Virus record (IMG/VR): IMGVR_UViG_3300033149_000238
Strand: one strand, 5' to 3'
Length of the DNA: 20,000 nucleotides
Source: an uncultured virus (IMG/VR IMGVR_UViG_3300033149_000238)
Taxonomy: Duplodnaviria > Heunggongvirae > Uroviricota > Caudoviricetes
Shown: positions 15,085 through 20,000 of the stretch, piece by piece
Position numbering within the stretch: position 1 is the stretch's first letter
Layout: every line of letters starts with the position of its first letter
Notes under the pieces: generated by a model
Databases searched by the model: none
Seen by the model: the letters and a program-made list of their open reading frames with translations, nothing else
What the model was told of the DNA's origin: nothing
Position numbers and translations under genes: made by a program

Positions 15085-16017
15085 ATGAGAATTTTAAAAA
15101 GAGGTGATAAGAATCCTGATGTAATGAAGGTTCAACAAAAATTAGGATTAACACCAGATGGAGATTTTGGACCAATAACTGAGAAGCATGTTATTAGATT
15201 TCAACTTACAAATGGATTAACTCCTGATGGTATTGTTGGATCTGAAACTTGGTCATTAATGTTAAACTTTGGAACAAGACACATGGATGCAATTGATGAA
15301 GATAATGATTTATCTAGTCAATATTTTAACACCCCTTATGATCAGATAATACACAAATATTATTTACCTGACGGAGAATATGTTAAAAGAAATAAGAGTA
15401 ATCCTGTAGATAATAAATGGATATTTTTACACCATACAGCAGGTAATGCAAATCCATATGCTTGTGTAGATATGTGGGGTAGAGATACAAGAGGTAGAGT
15501 TGCTACAGAATTTATACTTGGTGGACAAAATCATAGAAACAATAGTGATGAATATGATGGTGTAATGGTACAAGCTTTTCCAGAAGGAAATCAAGGCTGG
15601 CATTTAGGTAAAACTAAATCAGGTATAATGAATAGAAATTCAGTAGGTATAGAAATATGCAATATGGGTTATTTAGATAGTAACAAAAAAACTTATGTTG
15701 GATCTACTTGTCATGCTGATCAGATATGTGAGTTACCTGAAGCATTCAAAGGTAGATTATATTGGCATAACTATTCTGATAAACAACTCAAAGAGATTGA
15801 TAAGTGGATTAGATGGGTAGGAGAAAGAGATGAGATAGATGTTAGAATAGGATTAAAACAGTATATCAAGAAGTATGGTCCTTCAAAAGGTTTTGGATAT
15901 CAAGAAGATGCATGTCAAGGTAAAGTACAAGGATTACTTACACATACTAATGTTAGAAATGATAAGATGGATTGCTATCCGCATCCAGGATTAGTGGATT
16001 TAATAATGAGTTTATAG
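15085..16017 (+). CDS. Endolysin: PG-binding domain plus N-acetylmuramoyl-L-alanine amidase (Amidase_2)
   Basis: DGDFGPIT / DGIVGSETW PG_binding_1 repeats; IFLHHTAG, SVGIEIC and LTH...K.DC Zn ligands. Confidence 0.9.
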   Translation: MRILKRGDKNPDVMKVQQKLGLTPDGDFGPITEKHVIRFQLTNGLTPDGIVGSETWSLMLNFGTRHMDAIDEDNDLSSQYFNTPYDQIIHKYYLPDGEYVKRNKSNPVDNKWIFLHHTAGNANPYACVDMWGRDTRGRVATEFILGGQNHRNNSDEYDGVMVQAFPEGNQGWHLGKTKSGIMNRNSVGIEICNMGYLDSNKKTYVGSTCHADQICELPEAFKGRLYWHNYSDKQLKEIDKWIRWVGERDEIDVRIGLKQYIKKYGPSKGFGYQEDACQGKVQGLLTHTNVRNDKMDCYPHPGLVDLIMSL

Positions 16018-16018
16018 T

Positions 16019-16390
16019 ATGGCATTAGTTAAGAAAGTAGATTTAAAATTAAAAGTTGGTATGGATAAATGTATCATGTACCAAATTTTATCTTATTGTT
16101 TTTTTAAAGAAATAATTATAAGTAATTCTGATCTTAAATTTTTGATGGAACTTTCTAAAAGAAATGGAATAGAATTAACTAAGTTTTGTATAGAACTAGT
16201 TAATAAAGATATCTTTAAGAGTCCACAATCAGCACGTAATGCTATTACAAAAGCTGCTAAGAAAGGATTAGTTATAAAAAATGGTACAAATAAAAAGACT
16301 ATTTCTATTAGTTCTGATATTAATGTACAAGTAGAAGGGTTAGTATTACTAGATTATAAAATATTAGGTAATGAATCCCAAGAAGCATAA
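16019..16390 (+). CDS. Probable winged-helix DNA-binding protein
   Basis: KSPQSARNAITKAAKKGLVIK recognition helix/wing pattern. Confidence 0.6.
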   Translation: MALVKKVDLKLKVGMDKCIMYQILSYCFFKEIIISNSDLKFLMELSKRNGIELTKFCIELVNKDIFKSPQSARNAITKAAKKGLVIKNGTNKKTISISSDINVQVEGLVLLDYKILGNESQEA

Positions 16391-16736
16391 GGTATTTAAA
16401 GAAGGTATAGCAGAAAAGGTGGGTGTTCATCAATCTGTTGTAGATGATTTTATTTCTTTTTATTATGCAAAACTTAGAAATAAGTTATCTAATTTAGAAT
16501 ATCCTAGAGTTCAAGTAGATGGTCTAGGAACATTTGTTTTAAGGAAATCTAAATTAGATAAAGCTATTAAAAAAAATAAAAGTATGTTAGGTAACATTGC
16601 TAAAAGAACATATAATGGTTTTGCTAAGAGTGAAGATATAAACCGTAATATAGAGCAAATGGAAAAGGCTATGCAAGAAATAGAAAATAACATTAAAACT
16701 AAAAAGGAGTTTAAGAAAAATAAAAATGGCAAGTAA
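16371..16736 (+). CDS. HU/IHF-like DNA-binding protein
   Basis: IAEKVGV...VVDDF...RVQVDGLGTFVLR matches the HU/IHF signature (V.I.GFGTF); coiled-coil extension. Confidence 0.75.
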   Translation: MNPKKHKVFKEGIAEKVGVHQSVVDDFISFYYAKLRNKLSNLEYPRVQVDGLGTFVLRKSKLDKAIKKNKSMLGNIAKRTYNGFAKSEDINRNIEQMEKAMQEIENNIKTKKEFKKNKNGK

Positions 16737-17055
16737 AATAAAACAATTATTAGGAGCATTTAAAAATCTTGATCAGATTGCAGAAGGATTATCTAATAAT
16801 GTTTTTAAAAAGGAACACGTTGAAGCTGTAGCAACAGATAGATTTCAAGTATGTATAGGTTGTTCATTATTTGATGCATTTGGTAAAGATTGTTTAGCTC
16901 CAGGAACACAACCATGTTGTTCAGATTGTGGTTGTAGTTTAGCTTTTAAAGTTAGATCTTTATCATCTGAGTGTCCAAAAGGTTTTTGGAAAGCTTATGT
17001 TGATGAGGAAACAGAAATAAAAATAAACCAACAAATAGAAGAAAATGCACAATAA
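16726..17055 (+). CDS. Cys-rich Zn-binding protein
   Basis: R...CIGC...C...CCSDCGC....K.R.....CP.G.W. Confidence 0.7.
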   Translation: MASKIKQLLGAFKNLDQIAEGLSNNVFKKEHVEAVATDRFQVCIGCSLFDAFGKDCLAPGTQPCCSDCGCSLAFKVRSLSSECPKGFWKAYVDEETEIKINQQIEENAQ

Positions 17056-17161
17056 AGAATTAATAAATGATGATACAGATGTTACAGCTGAATTAGTTGT
17101 AATATGGTGTACAACAGATACACATAATTTAATAACTGAATGTCATGGCAGTAGTATTTAA
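17045..17161 (+). CDS. Putative 38-aa protein
   Basis: MHNKELINDDTDVTAELVVIWCTTDTHNLITECHGSSI; bridges the gap and overlaps both neighbours. Confidence 0.4.
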   Translation: MHNKELINDDTDVTAELVVIWCTTDTHNLITECHGSSI

Positions 17162-17957
17162 AGAAGAAGGGCATGTTTATGAGAGCATTGACCAAGATAA
17201 TATTACTTGGACAAGTGTAACAGGTCTTGTAGGTAAATTTAAACCTAAGTTTGATAGAGATGGTCAAGCACTAAAGTCATCTAAAAACAAAAGGTCTAAG
17301 TGGTATGGTATGAAACCAAAAGATATCATAGCTGCTTGGGATGGTGAAACACAAAGAGCTATTAATCTAGGTAATTTTTATCATAATCAAAGAGAAGCTG
17401 ATATGATGGAATTTAAAACTATAGAGAGATATGGTACAGAGGTACCTATAATAAAACCTATAGTAGATAATAATGGTATAAAGATAGCACCTAAACAAAA
17501 ACTAGAAGAAGGAGTATATCCTGAGCATTTAGTTTATTTAAAATCTGTAGGTATATGTGGTCAAGCTGATTTAGTAGAGATAGTAAATGGCTATATAAAT
17601 ATTACAGATTATAAGACAAATAAAGAAATAAAAGAAAAAGGATTTACTAATTGGGAAGGTATAACAAATAAAATGTTTAGACCTGTAAACCATTTAGATG
17701 ATTGTAATTTAAACCATTATAACTTACAACTCAGTATTTATGCGTATATTATTAAAAAGCATAACCCTAAACTTAAGATAGGTAAACTAGTTATTCAACA
17801 TGTTAAGTTTAAACAAATAGGAGAAGATAAAAATGGATATCCCATTAATGAACATGTTGATGGTGAACCAGTATTAGAAGAAATAAAAATGTATGAACTA
17901 CCATATCTAAAAGATGAAGTAAGATCATTGATGATGTGGAAAAAAGATAACCAATGA
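17145..17957 (+). CDS. PD-(D/E)XK nuclease
   Basis: SVT...GNFYH...PEH...GICGQADL...ITDYKTN...YNLQLSIY. Confidence 0.85.
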   Translation: MAVVFKEEGHVYESIDQDNITWTSVTGLVGKFKPKFDRDGQALKSSKNKRSKWYGMKPKDIIAAWDGETQRAINLGNFYHNQREADMMEFKTIERYGTEVPIIKPIVDNNGIKIAPKQKLEEGVYPEHLVYLKSVGICGQADLVEIVNGYINITDYKTNKEIKEKGFTNWEGITNKMFRPVNHLDDCNLNHYNLQLSIYAYIIKKHNPKLKIGKLVIQHVKFKQIGEDKNGYPINEHVDGEPVLEEIKMYELPYLKDEVRSLMMWKKDNQ

Positions 17958-18199
17958 AATTAAAAGAATTTACAGCAGCTGTGCCAATACAGTCATCAAC
18001 ATCAAAAATACCAACTGATTTTCAGTTTTATATGACTAAGGTAACTATAGATCTTAATGATGTAGCATACTTTAAACAGTACTTTCATTATGGAAGAGAA
18101 GCTTTCCAAGATGACTATACTGAAGTATTAATGAAAGGTGCAGAAAAACCTATAGTATTACAAATAGGTTATGAAGAATTTAAAAGTGAGATAGCATGA
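17954..18199 (+). CDS. Hypothetical protein
   Basis: 81 aa, ATGA-coupled at both ends. Confidence 0.7.
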   Translation: MKLKEFTAAVPIQSSTSKIPTDFQFYMTKVTIDLNDVAYFKQYFHYGREAFQDDYTEVLMKGAEKPIVLQIGYEEFKSEIA

Positions 18200-18714
18200 T
18201 AGTAAGATTATTTGATGTACAAAATCAAACATTAGTAGTAACAGAGCATTGTTATGCATTACCATTCTTAAAGAAGATAATGGATAAATACCCTGATACA
18301 TATATGCAGGTATATCAATATGTATTTTATATGACATGTCCTGATCCAGACATCAACCCATTCTTTAATTTACCTGAACATGAAAAGGAAGATATAATTA
18401 TAGAAGAAATAAATTTAGAAGAATCACCAGAGGATGGACCAATAAGATATGCTATGGACATGTGTAAAAAACTATATGAAACACCAACATATAGAGCATA
18501 TGTAGGTATTAAATCTATGTTAGATAGATTAGCTAAGTATATGGAGGTTACTGCAATAGAGCATGGTAGAGATGGTAATATGAATTCTATGATTAATGCT
18601 GCAGCTAAGTTTGAGCAAATTAGACAATCTTACAAAGGTGCATTTTTAGATATGAAGCAAGAACAAGAAAGCTCTGTGCGTGGTGGTGCAGGATTAGCTT
18701 ATGACCAATTATAA
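18196..18714 (+). CDS. Probable terminase small subunit (positional call)
   Basis: 172 aa, helical, two genes upstream of TerL; C-terminal VRGG. Function inferred from position only. Confidence 0.45.
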   Translation: MIVRLFDVQNQTLVVTEHCYALPFLKKIMDKYPDTYMQVYQYVFYMTCPDPDINPFFNLPEHEKEDIIIEEINLEESPEDGPIRYAMDMCKKLYETPTYRAYVGIKSMLDRLAKYMEVTAIEHGRDGNMNSMINAAAKFEQIRQSYKGAFLDMKQEQESSVRGGAGLAYDQL

Positions 18715-18731
18715 AAATTAAATCAACAAAT

Positions 18732-19007
18732 ATGGCTAGAAAAGTAATACCGGTAGGTAATAAACTATTATTAAAAAAAACTAAACAAGCAACAAAAACT
18801 GCAGGAGGAATTATTATTCCTGAAATAGCACAAAAGAAAGAATACAAAGGAACTGTTGTAGGAATAGGTGCTGAAGTAAAAGAAATAAAAGTTGGAGATA
18901 TAGTTCAATATGCTGATTATGCAATGCCAACACCAATGGAACATGAAGGAGAAGAACATTTATTAGTTCAAGCTGGTGATGTATTTGCAATAATTAGAGA
19001 TGAGTAG
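18732..19007 (+). CDS. groES: GroES/Cpn10 co-chaperonin
   Basis: VIPVGNKLLL, mobile loop KTAGGIIIP, GTVVGIG, IKVGDIV, DVFAII. Confidence 0.93.
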   Translation: MARKVIPVGNKLLLKKTKQATKTAGGIIIPEIAQKKEYKGTVVGIGAEVKEIKVGDIVQYADYAMPTPMEHEGEEHLLVQAGDVFAIIRDE

Positions 19008-20000
19008 AACTATACCTACATATGATAATAATAAATGGACAACCACTGAATTTAAAAATGATTTAGAATTCAGAGAGTTTATTGAGTCTATCTTTAGTGA
19101 ACCTGGAGAATATGGGTTTACTGAAATGGCTTATAAATTCAATGAAGAAGCTAAAAGATTTAATAAAGAAGGAGTATACTGCACAAGTCCATTTAGATCC
19201 AAAGATTTTACTACATATTGGAATGACCAAAAAGATAAATGTAGAAATGGTGTTATATACATTGATAAGGACAAGACCTGGTATATAACTAGAGATTATT
19301 ATATGTGGTTAAACTTTCTTCCTATATTTGATAAGGAAGAAAAAAAGTATGGGTTTGCAAAAGTAAGAGATGCACAATACCATATGGCATTATATGAATG
19401 GTTAGCTGAGTTAAATAATCAGCATGCTGCTATACTTAAAAAACGTCAGATAGCATCATCATACTTTCATATGGCTAAGATAATTAATACATACTGGTTT
19501 GAAGAAGGTAGTACATGTAAAATTGGTGCATCATTAAAAGACTTTATTAATGATAAAGGATCTTGGAAGTTTTTAGAAGAATATAAAATTTTTTTAAATG
19601 AGCATACTGCCTGGTATAGACCAAGTAACCCTGAGAAAGTTTTATTATGGCAACAACAAATAGAAGTTAAAGTTGGTAATAGAAAAACAGCTAGAGGATT
19701 AAAATCTAAAATACAAGGTGGATCCTTTGAAAAGAACGCTACAACTGGAGTTGGTGGACCTTGTACTTATTTCTTTCATGAAGAGGCAGGAATTGCTCCT
19801 AAAATGGCTGAGACGTATGAATACTTACGTCCTGCAATGTCATCTGGAATGATGACTACAGGTATGTTTATAGCAGCAGGATCAGTGGGAGATTTAGATC
19901 AGTGCAAGCCATTAAAAGATATGATACTAAATCCTGAATCAAATGATATATATGCTGTAGAGACAGACTTAATGGATGCTGACGGAACAATTGCTAAAGC
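19000..20000 (+). CDS. terL: Terminase large subunit (partial; runs off the window end)
   Basis: Not in track. ATG 19000 MSRTIPTYDNN, open to the window end; YYMWLNF, Walker A-like LKKRQIASSY, Walker B YFFHEEAG, IAAGSVGD. Confidence 0.88.
   Translation, partial: MSRTIPTYDNNKWTTTEFKNDLEFREFIESIFSEPGEYGFTEMAYKFNEEAKRFNKEGVYCTSPFRSKDFTTYWNDQKDKCRNGVIYIDKDKTWYITRDYYMWLNFLPIFDKEEKKYGFAKVRDAQYHMALYEWLAELNNQHAAILKKRQIASSYFHMAKIINTYWFEEGSTCKIGASLKDFINDKGSWKFLEEYKIFLNEHTAWYRPSNPEKVLLWQQQIEVKVGNRKTARGLKSKIQGGSFEKNATTGVGGPCTYFFHEEAGIAPKMAETYEYLRPAMSSGMMTTGMFIAAGSVGDLDQCKPLKDMILNPESNDIYAVETDLMDADGTIAK

Noticed and set aside
16511..19288. Track ORFs 16511-, 17082-, 18620-, 18771- and 19082+
   Set aside because: Antisense shadows, or out of frame inside TerL (19082).
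1..20000. Stop-codon reassignment (TAG or TGA) as in some crAss-like phages
   Set aside because: Genes are intact in code 11; TAG and TGA stops fall at natural gene ends, often overlapping the next ATG.

Overview
AT-rich bacteriophage DNA, most consistent with a crAss-like (Crassvirales-related) phage of a Bacteroidetes/Flavobacteria host: TAnnTTTG promoter boxes, SD-less A-rich start regions and a crAss-type gene order, in the standard genetic code. Two arms diverge from a G-run-rich non-coding junction at about 12080-12315. The leftward arm (- strand) has small early genes followed by a replication/recombination module: HTH protein, HNH nuclease, SF2 helicase, NinB-like protein, uracil-DNA glycosylase, DnaB-type helicase, AAA ATPase, SSB-like protein and primase. 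A two-gene + strand island interrupts it. The rightward arm (+ strand) opens with an accessory cluster (four very Lys-rich small proteins, a lipoprotein, a VapA/VapB-like protein and a minimal SET methyltransferase), then endolysin, wHTH, HU/IHF-like, Zn-finger, PD-(D/E)XK nuclease, probable TerS, GroES and TerL. The most notable items are the phage-encoded Rhodococcus VapA-like protein, the SET plus histone-like basic protein cluster (including a split DUF5872-like protein), and a shared N-terminal/palindromic STK motif in three replication genes. All family assignments come from reading motifs by eye; no searches were run.
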